DNA of 64,000 nucleotides from Thermodesulfobacteriota bacterium (GTDB lineage Bacteria > Desulfobacterota_D > UBA1144 > Nemesobacterales > UBA2774), in assembly GCA_965216785.1 (NCBI GenBank), contig OZ244197.1:1600001-1664000 (forward strand), in the 5' to 3' direction. Positions 1-9,710 of this stretch are shown piece by piece. Within the stretch, counting starts at the first letter, position 1. Every line of letters begins with the position of its first letter. The notes beneath the pieces were generated by a model that was not told the DNA's origin, did no database searches, and saw only the letters and a list, made by a program, of their open reading frames with translations. The translations under genes and the position numbers were made by a program.

Positions 1-517
1 GCCCATATATTGACTCTCTTACGTTACTGGGCAACCACGAATTAATTGTTTCTTTCCTGCTCAACTCGCCTTCTCTTGCTTCCCTCTTAACCCTCTCCCA
101 TTCATAATTGAGTAAAGTTTGACTAGATTCAATTATCTTATCTAAATGTTCTGCTAATTTCTCTATTCTATCTGTGTCTGTGTAATTTAATGACTCCTTT
201 ATCAGGTCTAAGATTTCCTTATGTTCTGTTTTGTCAGGATTTAACTGCAACTTAACGAGTTGCATGAGGTCGTCTACCTCTTTTATTATTTCATTTCTCT
301 GAGGTGTATCCTTACCTGTAAGATTCCAGTGATAAATTAAACCACATATTTTTGCAACTGTTCGTCTAAGTTCTTCCATCCACCTTAGACGTTCTGAGGT
401 TATAGTGTTTATGAATGTGGTTTTCTTAGAGCTTTGATACGAAAAATAAGCAGAAACCGCTGAGACGACGGCGGCTATTACAGCGGCAACAAGAGTCCAG
501 TCAAAGGTAGTAGGCAT
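1..517 (-). CDS. Hypothetical protein with N-terminal TM helix (3' end runs off the window)
   Basis: Manual translation from ATG 517: MPTTFDWTLVAAVIAAVVSAVSAYFSY...ITSERLRWMEELR...LLNYEWERVKRE. No stop before base 1; not in the ORF track. Confidence 0.75.
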   Translation of the reverse strand, partial: MPTTFDWTLVAAVIAAVVSAVSAYFSYQSSKKTTFINTITSERLRWMEELRRTVAKICGLIYHWNLTGKDTPQRNEIIKEVDDLMQLVKLQLNPDKTEHKEILDLIKESLNYTDTDRIEKLAEHLDKIIESSQTLLNYEWERVKREAREGELSRKETINSWLPSNVRESIYG

Positions 518-621
518 ATTAAGCCTTTATTCTACAGCTTATGGAGGATATATTGCAAGCTCAGACCATACTTAAAGCCAGTTCCGCACCCCATCCACAT
601 AACTCGCCAATCGACTTTAAG

Positions 622-1482
622 TCATTCCGAGAAGGCATCTCGATGATATGCTAGGTACTCGATATTTATATTGTGATTAGAGTCTATGATAATTTTCTTA
701 CCAGTATCTATTACCGTGAAATCATCAGAAATGTGCAGTGTATGGGTATCAAACATAACATGATGATTGGGGCATAGACATAAAACATTTTCGATAATGT
801 CAGGACCATTATGAGGTCTGCCTAAGGGTTTTATATGACAACATTCAGCATACGGTCCTGAAGGTGTAACTAATCTTATTCCGCAGACTTGACAACAATA
901 ATTATAAATCCTTTTTACCTCGTTACCGACAGCTGTATTTCTTATAATGCGACTTGAAATTACATCTATCCGTGATGGCTTTCTGTTTTCAAATTCTGAT
1001 TTCTGTTTATTCTCACTATCTTTATTAAGGATATTTTCTAACGCTATCTGACCTTCTATTCTGCGTAATTTGAACCTTATAATATCTAAACCGTCAGTTC
1101 CTCTTTCTTTCCAATAATTATCTATCATATATAGACCGTCATATCTGTAGCCTTTATTTGGGGCATACATAGAGTCAAGCTCACTGCCTCTAATTACTCT
1201 TATTGGGTTTCCATCTACATAATTTTTAGCGAGAGACAAATTCCCTCTTGTGAGTGTTTGGTTAGAAATTTGTCGTCCTGTCTTTAAATCTCTGCCTCCT
1301 TGACCGGTATAAATTATGGTATCCCCTTCGTCTAGATCATCTACATAACCCCCAGACAAAACGATTGACTCTCCTCTAGATGATATGCCTTGTTGTAATC
1401 CTCTATGAATATCGGCGTCATGTAATGCTCTTCTATTCTCAAAAATTTGACCTATATTTGTACCTTCGATGTGTCCTATCAT
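622..1482 (-). CDS. SRA/YDG-HNH endonuclease (modified-cytosine-dependent, type IV restriction-like)
   Basis: SRA motifs SIVLSGGYVDDLDEGDTIIYTGQGG and GYRYDGLY; C-terminal CQVC...HIKPLG...NVLCLCPNHH HNH domain. Confidence 0.9.
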   Translation of the reverse strand: MIGHIEGTNIGQIFENRRALHDADIHRGLQQGISSRGESIVLSGGYVDDLDEGDTIIYTGQGGRDLKTGRQISNQTLTRGNLSLAKNYVDGNPIRVIRGSELDSMYAPNKGYRYDGLYMIDNYWKERGTDGLDIIRFKLRRIEGQIALENILNKDSENKQKSEFENRKPSRIDVISSRIIRNTAVGNEVKRIYNYCCQVCGIRLVTPSGPYAECCHIKPLGRPHNGPDIIENVLCLCPNHHVMFDTHTLHISDDFTVIDTGKKIIIDSNHNINIEYLAYHRDAFSE

Positions 1483-1536
1483 AACCTTAATTTCTCCTCA
1501 GCTTAGAGTAAAACCTCAGTAAAGTAAATTAACCCC

Positions 1537-1566
1537 TTGACAGTCCTGATACAAATTAGCTACATT
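1537..1566 (+). promoter_or_regulatory. Candidate sigma70 promoter for the xis-primase operon
   Basis: TTGACA-18 nt-TACATT upstream of 1731. Confidence 0.45.
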
Positions 1567-1730
1567 TAGTATAGGAAATATGAGTCTATAGTTGTACCTA
1601 CGAAAGAAGTACTACAAGTAAGGCTAGTCCGATATAAAATGCCTTCTGAACAGTAACTGAACTGAACATTATTTATTCAGTTCTCCCATCAGTTAGCACC
1701 AGTTGGTGCATCCAGTAAAGAGGTTTTAAA

Positions 1731-1931
1731 ATGTTAAAAAAGAAGAAACTGCTCTCCTTAGCGGAAGTAGCTGAGATTTATTCTTTTTCCCTTCTGACCC
1801 TTAGAAGATGGTCTGCAGAAAGACGCTTCCCACTTTATAAGGTGTCAAACAGAATACGTGTTTCACCGACCGAGTTTGAGGCATGGTTAAGTAAATCAAA
1901 AGTAGAGCCAAAAGATAGGAGGAAAATATGA
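1731..1931 (+). CDS. Excisionase/HTH_17-like DNA-binding protein
   Basis: 66 aa; LLSLAEVAEIYSFSLLTLRRW...RIRVSPTEFEAWL; overlaps the primase start. Confidence 0.85.
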   Translation: MLKKKKLLSLAEVAEIYSFSLLTLRRWSAERRFPLYKVSNRIRVSPTEFEAWLSKSKVEPKDRRKI

Positions 1932-4351
1932 AATATAAAAAAAGGCTCAGCAGTGAACTGAGCCTCAAAACAATATCAGATAAACAATTAGAATTTATAT
2001 TATCACGTAAAGCGAAGCGTTTCAAAAATTTATTTAAAGGTAGGGAAGATGCCTGGGGATTAATGATAGGCAATAAGTATATTTCTAAAAGTGGTGAGTT
2101 GACTGACTTGCAATACAGGAAGCATTTAGAAGGTAGAGAGTCACTTGGCATATACCCCTTGAAAGAAGACGGAACATGTAACTTTTCTTGCGTTGACCTT
2201 GACTTCAGTGATGACCCTGATCCGAAAGAGCGAGCGGAAAAGGAAGCCATAAGAATACACGAATCACTATTAAATATCGGTTTTGATCCTATGTTCGAAC
2301 GTAGTAAGTCGGGACTGATTCACATCTGGCAGTTGTTCAAGGAACCCGTATCGGCCTTAAAAGTAAGAGCTGTTCTCAGGAATATCTTGGAGAAGCTCAG
2401 TCTTAATGTCAGGAATGGCCAGGTGGAGATATTTCCTAAACAGGATTCTTTAGAGCCTGGTAAACCTGGGAATTTTATTAATCTTCCTTATTTCGGCCAG
2501 AATACAGTAATGCGAAGAGTCATGCTTAAGACTCCTGACTTTACTCCTATATCATTAAGTGAGTTTCTTAAAAGAGCTGAGAGAAGCAGGATTCCAAAAG
2601 AGACCTTGGATATAGCTTATAATAAGTTATGCGAGGAGCAGGTTCTCAGCAAAGCAGACATAAATAAGAGAGTCGTAGATATACTCTCTACCTATTGGTC
2701 TGAGGGGCAAAGACAAGACTTAACCTTATATACTTCTGGATTTATGGTAAAAGAAGGATTTACCTTGGAACAGGTACAAGAGATTATCTTAGAAGTAGCC
2801 CATAGAGCCGGAGACACAGATATTGAAGAAAGAATAAATGCTATTAAGAGCACTTTTGAAAAGGCAAAAAAAGGGCAAGATATAAAAGGTTACGAGGGTT
2901 TAAAAGAAAAACTTAGCTCTCAGGATTTACAAACCATGTGCTCTTTATTCCAGTCAGAGCAAACTGAAGAAGAGCCTAAGAATAAGAAGTATAAGGCGGT
3001 GTTCCCCGGACTGGTTGATATAGTTGAAGATAAGGGCAAGGTAGTTTTTTTGGTTAAAGAGGATAGCAAGCTAATATTAAAAACTCATGTTGAGGTAAAT
3101 GGGGAAACTTATTACCCTCCACCAAGAGACTCATTACCTTTTTTAACCTTACCAAGGGGTGATGAAGTATTAAAACACTACTGTGCCGATACCGATACGC
3201 AATTATATGAAGATTTAAGGTCTTATCATGTAGGCATTTCAGAACTTCCTAATGATATGTTTTACGATTTACTGGTAGCGTGGGACTTCCACACTTATCT
3301 CTTCGATTTGTCTCAGTATTCTCCTATCATCTGGCTCTACGCAGTCCCTGAACGTGGTAAGAGTCGTACCGGTAAAGGTTGCATTAACGTTGCCTACAGA
3401 GGTATTCATATAGAGACACTGAGAGAGGCCCATTTATTTAGGTTTGCTGACAACTTAAATGCGACTTTATTTATTGACGTTATGGACCTTTGGCGAAAAG
3501 CAGAAAAAGAGAATTCAGTAGACATAATGCTGCATAGATTTGAAAAAGGCCCGAAGGTTCCAAGGGTTCTATACCCTGAAAGAGGGCCGTTCAAGGATAC
3601 AGTATTTTACGATACTTATGGGGCTACAATAGTTGCCACCAATATGCCTGTACATGAGATTATGGAGACACGTTCACTCATGATTACAATGCCAGAGGCG
3701 AATAAAAAATACGAGAATGATATAACACCTGAGTCAGCATTATCACTAAAAGAGCGACTGGTGGCCTTCCGTGCTAGACACTTAGGAAATACGCTTCCTG
3801 ATGTTGTGGTACCAACTAGTGGAAGGCTAAGTGTTATACTCAAGCCCCTGTTTCAAGTTATAAAGCTTATAAAGCCTGAAAAAGAGAAAACTCTATCAAG
3901 GCTCACGCGGCAACTGCAATCCAGTAGAAAAGCCGAACTCTCGGAAAGTAACGCAGCTAGCATAATAAGAGTTATTGTTGCTGAACTGGGTAGGGTTAAT
4001 AATGCTTGGCTCCCATTAAAGGTAATTACAGATATATATAACAACCTGTATGCTGGTAATGATAAATACACATATAGGAAAATGGGTCAAGAGCTTAGCG
4101 CACTTGGTTTCAAACAACAGAGTGGCACCAAAAAGAAGACCAATAGGGGAGTATCTATTAAGTTGGACATACCTATGATTATAAAATTGAGCATTAAGTA
4201 CGGTGTCCCATTCAGCTTAAAACAAGTACGTGGAAACAAACGTCTCAATCGTCGCAAAGGTCACTCGGCTAATAATAACAGTAACTCTAAGGACGATGTT
4301 TCTAGTGGTCTTACGTTAGAAGATATGAAAAGGTCACTAGAACAACACTGA
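1928..4351 (+). CDS. AEP-type primase/polymerase fused to PriCT-like and P-loop NTPase/helicase-like domains (replication protein)
   Basis: LFKGREDAWG, HLEG...GIYP, VDLD, ERSKSGxxHIW, EIFPKQD, GNFINLP; WSEGQRQD PriCT-like segment; degenerate Walker A AVPERGKSRT. Confidence 0.8.
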   Translation: MKYKKRLSSELSLKTISDKQLEFILSRKAKRFKNLFKGREDAWGLMIGNKYISKSGELTDLQYRKHLEGRESLGIYPLKEDGTCNFSCVDLDFSDDPDPKERAEKEAIRIHESLLNIGFDPMFERSKSGLIHIWQLFKEPVSALKVRAVLRNILEKLSLNVRNGQVEIFPKQDSLEPGKPGNFINLPYFGQNTVMRRVMLKTPDFTPISLSEFLKRAERSRIPKETLDIAYNKLCEEQVLSKADINKRVVDILSTYWSEGQRQDLTLYTSGFMVKEGFTLEQVQEIILEVAHRAGDTDIEERINAIKSTFEKAKKGQDIKGYEGLKEKLSSQDLQTMCSLFQSEQTEEEPKNKKYKAVFPGLVDIVEDKGKVVFLVKEDSKLILKTHVEVNGETYYPPPRDSLPFLTLPRGDEVLKHYCADTDTQLYEDLRSYHVGISELPNDMFYDLLVAWDFHTYLFDLSQYSPIIWLYAVPERGKSRTGKGCINVAYRGIHIETLREAHLFRFADNLNATLFIDVMDLWRKAEKENSVDIMLHRFEKGPKVPRVLYPERGPFKDTVFYDTYGATIVATNMPVHEIMETRSLMITMPEANKKYENDITPESALSLKERLVAFRARHLGNTLPDVVVPTSGRLSVILKPLFQVIKLIKPEKEKTLSRLTRQLQSSRKAELSESNAASIIRVIVAELGRVNNAWLPLKVITDIYNNLYAGNDKYTYRKMGQELSALGFKQQSGTKKKTNRGVSIKLDIPMIIKLSIKYGVPFSLKQVRGNKRLNRRKGHSANNNSNSKDDVSSGLTLEDMKRSLEQH

Positions 4352-4376
4352 GCAAGCACCTTTAAATAAAGCTTGC

Positions 4377-4403
4377 GTGACGTTAGTGACGTTAGTGAGG
4401 TTT
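4377..4403 (+). repeat. Iteron-like 9-bp tandem repeats (candidate ori)
   Basis: GTGACGTTA GTGACGTTA GTGAGGTTT immediately after the primase stop. Confidence 0.55.
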
Positions 4404-4454
4404 TAGAACGTAGGTATAGGCAAGTTAAAGCGAAAAAAAGAGGTAGAGTAGAAA

Positions 4455-4976
4455 ATTACTACTATAAACACTCAGAGGGACGTAATAAAAACGATAGCAC
4501 TGCTGGCACAGAATAAGCTCGACCCTGAGACTTTATCTAAAGCCGAGCAGAGCCTTCTCATCGAATACTTAAGGTTTGAGGAAAACCTTACTATTAGTAC
4601 GATAGCGGCTCTATTGAACATTCATAGAGACACTGTGAGAAGCAGAATAAAGAAAGCGGACGAGGCTATGAGGACTAGGCTAATAGCCAGAGGTTTTGAC
4701 GCTTGGGACGTCATATCTGAGCTGATGCGGGTGAAGAGGGTAGTGCAGTCTAAGGCAGCCAAAAAAGGCGACTGGGGCTTAGTATGGCGGACAGAGATGG
4801 ATACAATAGACAAGCTTATATCACTCGGTTTAATTAAGCAGTACGACCCTCTTTCTGCGTCTCAGGAGGACGATTTAAAAGGTATAGACGCTAAGACCCT
4901 TCGGAAGAAATATGAGGAAGCCAAGACAAAAGAACAGAATAAAACGCCTGGAGTTAATGCTAAAAATAGAGCCTAA
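4455..4976 (+). CDS. HTH DNA-binding protein (possibly small-terminase-like); ORF longer than the track call
   Basis: Frame open from 4452. HTH LTISTIAALLNIHRDTVRSRIK starts before the TTG at 4614. SD GAGGT at 4440-4444 precedes ATT at 4455. Confidence 0.6.
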   Translation: MTTINTQRDVIKTIALLAQNKLDPETLSKAEQSLLIEYLRFEENLTISTIAALLNIHRDTVRSRIKKADEAMRTRLIARGFDAWDVISELMRVKRVVQSKAAKKGDWGLVWRTEMDTIDKLISLGLIKQYDPLSASQEDDLKGIDAKTLRKKYEEAKTKEQNKTPGVNAKNRA

Positions 4977-5129
4977 GAACTTTAGGTTTTCGAGATAGCT
5001 GGCCCGGCATAAACTGACTACCACTACATAACAAAAATCAGATTTCCACTTATAGTATGCCGAATATTCTTACGAGCGTGCTCACAATATAGAATATATA
5101 AGTTGTATTATCCTGCCCTAATATAACTC

Positions 5130-5162
5130 TCAGAGCTCATACAGGCCCGTAGAGACGATTTT
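5130..5162 (+). repeat. 33-bp exact repeat, copy 1
   Basis: TCAGAGCTCATACAGGCCCGTAGAGACGATTTT, identical at 12620-12652. Confidence 0.9.
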
Positions 5163-5213
5163 ATAATGTGTCCCTGGGGTTTCCTTTTGTCAAGCTCATC
5201 CGCGTCTACAAAT

Positions 5214-5253
5214 AAAAACGCTCAGCCAACCACAGTGGATTAACTGAGCGTTT
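5214..5253 (-). terminator. Hairpin terminator downstream of the IPTL gene at 5284
   Basis: AAACGCTCAG...CTGAGCGTTT inverted repeat with a T-run on the minus strand. Confidence 0.6.
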
Positions 5254-5283
5254 CCTAAAGAAGGATTATATGAGGAACTTTTG

Positions 5284-6648
5284 TTAAACCGTAGCGTACT
5301 TCTTCCTGATTGCGATAAATCCAACTAGCCCTAACACTCCCGCCATAGCTATAAGTCCCCATTCTGAAAGGGTAGGAATATTTCTTGCCGTCATCGGGTC
5401 GAGGCACAAAGCCAAGTAAATCTCTTCGAATCCATCAGGATTCCCACCGTTTATGTTAGACTGCGATTCAAAGGCTATGTAACTGCCGTTACCGCTTACT
5501 ACCGGGTCTTCGCTGTCATCATTATTCGTAGAGGTCACGGGGATTAGGACGCCGTTATTTGTATCAGTTACTATGATTGAACGGTTATTCTCGGGGTTGA
5601 CATTATCAAGGTTAAGCTCGGACTCTATTGCAACGATTGTGCCCGTGTAATCAATCGATGGGTCGACACTCCCTACTCCGAACCCGCCGTTGGTCAACTG
5701 TGTAAATGTGTTCGTATTGGTATCGAAAACAAAGGTCTGGTGATGCAGGCCCGGATTCCCGCCAGTAAAGTTTTCACGGGAACGAAACGCGATTCGAGTA
5801 CCATCCGCATTTACTGACGGTTGTCCGCTACCGAACCCAGTAGTGAATGTTATCTGCTGGATCGTCCCGTTTGTTACATCGGCGAGGTATATCTCTGAAT
5901 TGTGATCAGGATTTCCACCGTTAATATTCGCAGTAGATGTAAAAGCAACACAATTGCCTTCCGCGCTAATCGAAGGAGAAACACTATTGTATAATGTAGA
6001 GTCAGTTATCTGGGTAATTATCCCGGTTGCAGTATTGGCGATCCATATCTCATCTCTACCATCCGGGTTTCCGCCGTTAAAGTCATCGTCGGAACGAAAC
6101 GCTATTCGTGTACCATCTGCGCTTATAGATGGGTCTGTACTTCCTGATATAAACATGTTAAATGGACTGTCAGTTATTTGCGAAATTACTCCGGTTGTGG
6201 AATTGTAGAGCCATATCTCAAGGCTGCCATCCGGGTTTCCGCCGTTAAAGTCATCGTTAGAACGAAACGCAATAAGTGTGCCGTCTGCGTTTACAGAGGG
6301 AAAGCCGTTGTTTTGAAGGCCCGTTGTGTTTGTAATCTGAGTAATCACACCGGTTATTGAATTGACAAAGAATATCTCTCTATTATTGTCCGGGTTTCCG
6401 CCTGTATGGTCGGCGAGTGATGAGAACGCTACAATTTTCCCGTCGAAATTAATTGAAGCTTGTTCACTGCGTTCCTCGGGGTCGTTGGTCAGCTGTTTTA
6501 TCGCATGTCCTGGGCAGACGAGCTGCTGGGCTTGAGCGGAATGATTAGCAACAATAACTGATGATAAGAGTAAGATTGTTATTGCTAAAAAGAAAGATGC
6601 TTTTCGGCAAAACGTTAATTCTCCGGTAAATGTCTTTATGTATTCCAA
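5284..6648 (-). CDS. IPTL-CTERM surface protein, TolB/PD40-like beta-propeller
   Basis: Signal peptide; repeats PSINADGTxIAFxS...NGGNPDxxxEI; C-terminal IPTLSEWGL, TM helix, RKK. Confidence 0.9.
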   Translation of the reverse strand: MEYIKTFTGELTFCRKASFFLAITILLLSSVIVANHSAQAQQLVCPGHAIKQLTNDPEERSEQASINFDGKIVAFSSLADHTGGNPDNNREIFFVNSITGVITQITNTTGLQNNGFPSVNADGTLIAFRSNDDFNGGNPDGSLEIWLYNSTTGVISQITDSPFNMFISGSTDPSISADGTRIAFRSDDDFNGGNPDGRDEIWIANTATGIITQITDSTLYNSVSPSISAEGNCVAFTSTANINGGNPDHNSEIYLADVTNGTIQQITFTTGFGSGQPSVNADGTRIAFRSRENFTGGNPGLHHQTFVFDTNTNTFTQLTNGGFGVGSVDPSIDYTGTIVAIESELNLDNVNPENNRSIIVTDTNNGVLIPVTSTNNDDSEDPVVSGNGSYIAFESQSNINGGNPDGFEEIYLALCLDPMTARNIPTLSEWGLIAMAGVLGLVGFIAIRKKYATV

Positions 6649-6809
6649 TGTCTCTACCCTCCTTAAAGATAAAAATCTAAGTCTAAAGATTACTATAGAT
6701 TGATAGAAATTAATAGATGGTAAATCGTATTTATATGAGAGTTATTGACAAATCCACTGACATAGCTCCTGGTAAATAATCTGGATGTGACGTAAGTTGG
6801 TGAGATTAC

Positions 6810-6860
6810 TGGAGCCGACGATCGGAATTGAACCGATTACCTGCTCATTACGAGTGAGTT
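6810..6860 (-). other. 3' half of tRNA-Thr(CGT); att-like fragment
   Basis: Minus strand AACTCACTCGTAATGAGCAGGTAATCGGTTCAATTCCGATCGTCGGCTCCA contains the anticodon arm, T arm and CCA; no D arm or 5' acceptor strand. Confidence 0.85.
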
Positions 6861-7107
6861 ATTAGTTAACCACAGGTTATCTAACTAACTGTAATTACTT
6901 GATAATATTTCCAGCATATGACCTCATATTAACTAAATACCATTGGAAGGTTAGATAATGGTTAGACACTTTTAATGCACATGCCTCCTGCGTAAGTATC
7001 TAATCTATCATGTTGTTACTAAGGGTTCAATAGTAGAATACGGGTAGTAACTCTTACTAATTGATTAGGCCCAGCTATAGGTTGATAGATGGATTTTTAA
7101 CATGCTA

Positions 7108-7133
7108 ATGAGGGGAGCCGAAGCTCCCCTCAT
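7108..7133 (-). terminator. GGGAGC-TTCG-GCTCCC hairpin (copy lacking a good U-tract)
   Basis: ATGAGGGGAGCCGAAGCTCCCCTCAT downstream of the gene at 7202. Confidence 0.65.
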
Positions 7134-7201
7134 ACACATTTGATCCTCCCTTTTTAGCTGTGGAGGAGGATAGAGGGAGGATAGGATGAAAACATTATTT
7201 T

Positions 7202-7810
7202 CTATGCGGTTACTTTTCTTCTACGGATAGCTATTAGACCGATTATCCCTAATACACCAGCCATTACAATCAAGCCCCATTCACTGATCGTTGGGATAGG
7301 TCTGGGCGCCAGCACAAATGAAGGCTCAAATTCAATAATACATCCGTTTGTGTCAAAACAACCCTGATCGTTCCAACCATCTCCATCCATTTCAAGGCAA
7401 TTTTCACAGCCATCTTCACCTTCGCAGCCAGCATCATTGGGTTCATCTTCATTCCACGCGGTAAAATCAAAGGGTTCACCGGTGATCCATTCCCAATCTT
7501 CGTCTGGTTCAGCTGCACCTTCCGCCTGTATGCCACCCAACCAACCATCTCCGCAGTCAAGGTCATTAGTAATAAATTGCTGTTCCTGGTCATTATTTAC
7601 TGTTGCAAGATGGCCCTGCATAGTCATAAACACTTGTTGAGAAGCAAAATCTCTGGCATCAAACCAGTCGCGATCACAATCTATATAGCATTGATAATAA
7701 TGACCATTAACTGGATTAAATTCCGGTGGTGGAACACCATTAGCACTTGATGTCATAGGGAGGCTAATAAAAAGAAATAATAAAAAGCAACTAGTAGTAA
7801 AAGTCTGCAT
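7202..7810 (-). CDS. IPTL-CTERM surface protein with C-type lectin domain
   Basis: NGHYY, W..AR, GHLATV, WLGG, WEWITGEPF..W...EPND, WND; IPTISEWGL tail. Confidence 0.9.
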   Translation of the reverse strand: MQTFTTSCFLLFLFISLPMTSSANGVPPPEFNPVNGHYYQCYIDCDRDWFDARDFASQQVFMTMQGHLATVNNDQEQQFITNDLDCGDGWLGGIQAEGAAEPDEDWEWITGEPFDFTAWNEDEPNDAGCEGEDGCENCLEMDGDGWNDQGCFDTNGCIIEFEPSFVLAPRPIPTISEWGLIVMAGVLGIIGLIAIRRRKVTA

Positions 7811-8020
7811 CTTATATCCTCCTCTAACTTAAATGTTAAAAATTTGAATTTACTTTTTTTGACAGCTTGTAGAGTTATTGAATTTTTAGGTTGTACATTT
7901 AGAATTTGAAGATTACTTACACTTAAACCCTGATTGTCATAATGAGCAGCTTCTAGTTACTATAGTCGCATCTAATCAACAGTAGTAATCGACCTCCTTT
8001 AAGGCTTAACAGTAATATGC

Positions 8021-8057
8021 ATTATACAATAAACAGAAACAAATGTATACCTAGTCT
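8021..8057 (-). promoter_or_regulatory. Promoter-like motif shared with 15486-15522
   Basis: Minus strand AGACTAGGTATACA-17 nt-TATAAT. Confidence 0.5.
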
Positions 8058-8079
8058 AAGGCTGGATTAAGAGATGATT

Positions 8080-8121
8080 TGTACTGCACCCCTTTTGTTA
8101 AGCCCGGTTTAAGTTGGATTT
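8080..8121. repeat. IS3-family (IS150-like) terminal inverted-repeat relic, copy 1
   Basis: TGTACTGCACCCCTTTTGTTAAG...; related copies at 14608 and 15566; resembles IS150-type TGTACTGCACCC ends. Confidence 0.6.
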
Positions 8122-8140
8122 ATGGATAATGAAATTAAAC

Positions 8141-8165
8141 AAAAAAGGGAGCCGAAGCTCCCTTT
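8141..8165 (-). terminator. cUUCGg intrinsic terminator
   Basis: AAAAAAGGGAGCCGAAGCTCCCTTT. Confidence 0.85.
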
Positions 8166-8199
8166 GGTATTCAATTTTACTGTTACAGTTAGTTTCAGA

Positions 8200-9534
8200 T
8201 TAAGCTGTTGCTTTTCTTCTTCGGAGAGCTAGTAAGCCAATAATCCCTAATACTCCCGCCATCGCTATAAGCCCCCACTCTGAAAGCGTTGGGATGTTCC
8301 TCGCTGTCATTGGATCGAGGCAGGTGGCTACGTATATCTGATCGGGAGTTTGATCAGGGTTCCCGCCGTTTATGTTTGAGGTTGACTCAAATGCGATACG
8401 CGTGCCGTCCGCATTGATTGATGGCCGCTCACTAAAGCCCCCGCCAGAAGTTATATTAGTCACTGAGGTGGTAACCGAGTTTGTCGAATCGAATACCCAT
8501 ATCTGATTGAATCCGCCGGGGTTCTGGCCGTTTATGTTTCCGTTGGACCTGAATGCGACACGCGTGCCGGGCGCATCAATTGTCGGGTCGTTAACATTTC
8601 CTGGTTCCGTTACCTCAGTAATCATTCCGGCAGTTGTATCAAAAATCACAATCTGATTACCCGGGCCAATGTTTCTCCTAAATGCGATTCTCATACCGTC
8701 ACCGTTTATTGACGGGTCGGTATTAAAGGAAGACCCCGTCGTAAACGTTATCTGGGTAAATGTTGCGGTCGTAATATCGAAAAGAAAGATTTCCAGGTTT
8801 CCGTCGGGGTTTCCCCCTGTAATATTTGCAGTGGACCGAAAGGCAATACGCGTTCCGTCTCCGCTTAATTGAGGATCGTTGTTGCTCCCCGTCACCGTAT
8901 CCGTTACCTGTGTAATAACACCTGTTGCCGTATCGACGAAGTATACCTCAGTGTTGAAATCAGGGTTTCCACCGTTAATGTTCCCGTTTGAGCGAAATGC
9001 GATACGCGTGCCGCCCGAGTCTATTGATGCACCGCCTGTTGACCCCGAAGGACCAGACGTAAATTGGGTAAAGGTCGAGGTCGTCGTGTCGAACATGAAG
9101 ATTTGAGGTCTCAGGATTCCGTTACCACCCGTAAAGTTCGCACTTGACTGAAATGCGATACGCGTGCCGTCGCCGTTTATTGACGGTTGCCTGCTGGTCT
9201 CCGCACTTTCTGTAATCTGCGTAATAACTTTAGTCTTTGTGTTGGCAAGGAATATCTCGTTATTCATAAGAGGGTTGTCCCCTGTCAGGTCTGCACGGGA
9301 TTCAAAAGCGACGAAGCCTCCGTCTGCGTTTATCGAAGGCTCAATACTATTTCCCGAGTCTGCATCCGTTATCTGCTGTATAAAACGGGGGTTGCAAAAG
9401 AGCTGCTGCGCTTGCGCACTTTGACTGAGAATTAAGAATGAACAAACGAAGAAAAGTGTTAAAGATAAAAAGCTTAAAGCTATCTGAGAATGCCGGGATA
9501 AGGTCTTTCCGACGGCCGGGTTTGTATATTCCAT
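8200..9534 (-). CDS. IPTL-CTERM surface protein, TolB/PD40-like beta-propeller
   Basis: Same repeat unit and IPTLSEWGL tail as 5284-6648. Confidence 0.9.
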   Translation of the reverse strand: MEYTNPAVGKTLSRHSQIALSFLSLTLFFVCSFLILSQSAQAQQLFCNPRFIQQITDADSGNSIEPSINADGGFVAFESRADLTGDNPLMNNEIFLANTKTKVITQITESAETSRQPSINGDGTRIAFQSSANFTGGNGILRPQIFMFDTTTSTFTQFTSGPSGSTGGASIDSGGTRIAFRSNGNINGGNPDFNTEVYFVDTATGVITQVTDTVTGSNNDPQLSGDGTRIAFRSTANITGGNPDGNLEIFLFDITTATFTQITFTTGSSFNTDPSINGDGMRIAFRRNIGPGNQIVIFDTTAGMITEVTEPGNVNDPTIDAPGTRVAFRSNGNINGQNPGGFNQIWVFDSTNSVTTSVTNITSGGGFSERPSINADGTRIAFESTSNINGGNPDQTPDQIYVATCLDPMTARNIPTLSEWGLIAMAGVLGIIGLLALRRRKATA

Positions 9535-9639
9535 AACCCCTTCCTCCTTTAGGAATAAATGATTGGTTCTATTCTACAATATTTTTAAAGTAATCAAAAG
9601 AGTATTGCTTAACTTATCCCATTTTATTAAATACATCCT

Positions 9640-9710
9640 CTGTGCTTATATTTATTCTGTATTCTAGAAATGAATCTGTATAAATTAGTGATATTGTGTA
9701 CATAACGTAA
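9640..9710. repeat. ~70-bp dispersed repeat (R2)
   Basis: Aligns with 14478-14549, 14358-14424 and 12751-12821; ends GTGATATTGTGTACATAACGTAA. Confidence 0.65.

Noticed and set aside
1640-1715. Structured leader RNA upstream of xis
   Set aside because: Only a modest AACTGAA/TTCAGTT hairpin; it cannot be assigned to a family without a covariance search.
6810-6860. Functional tRNA-Thr gene
   Set aside because: The 5' acceptor strand and D arm are absent.
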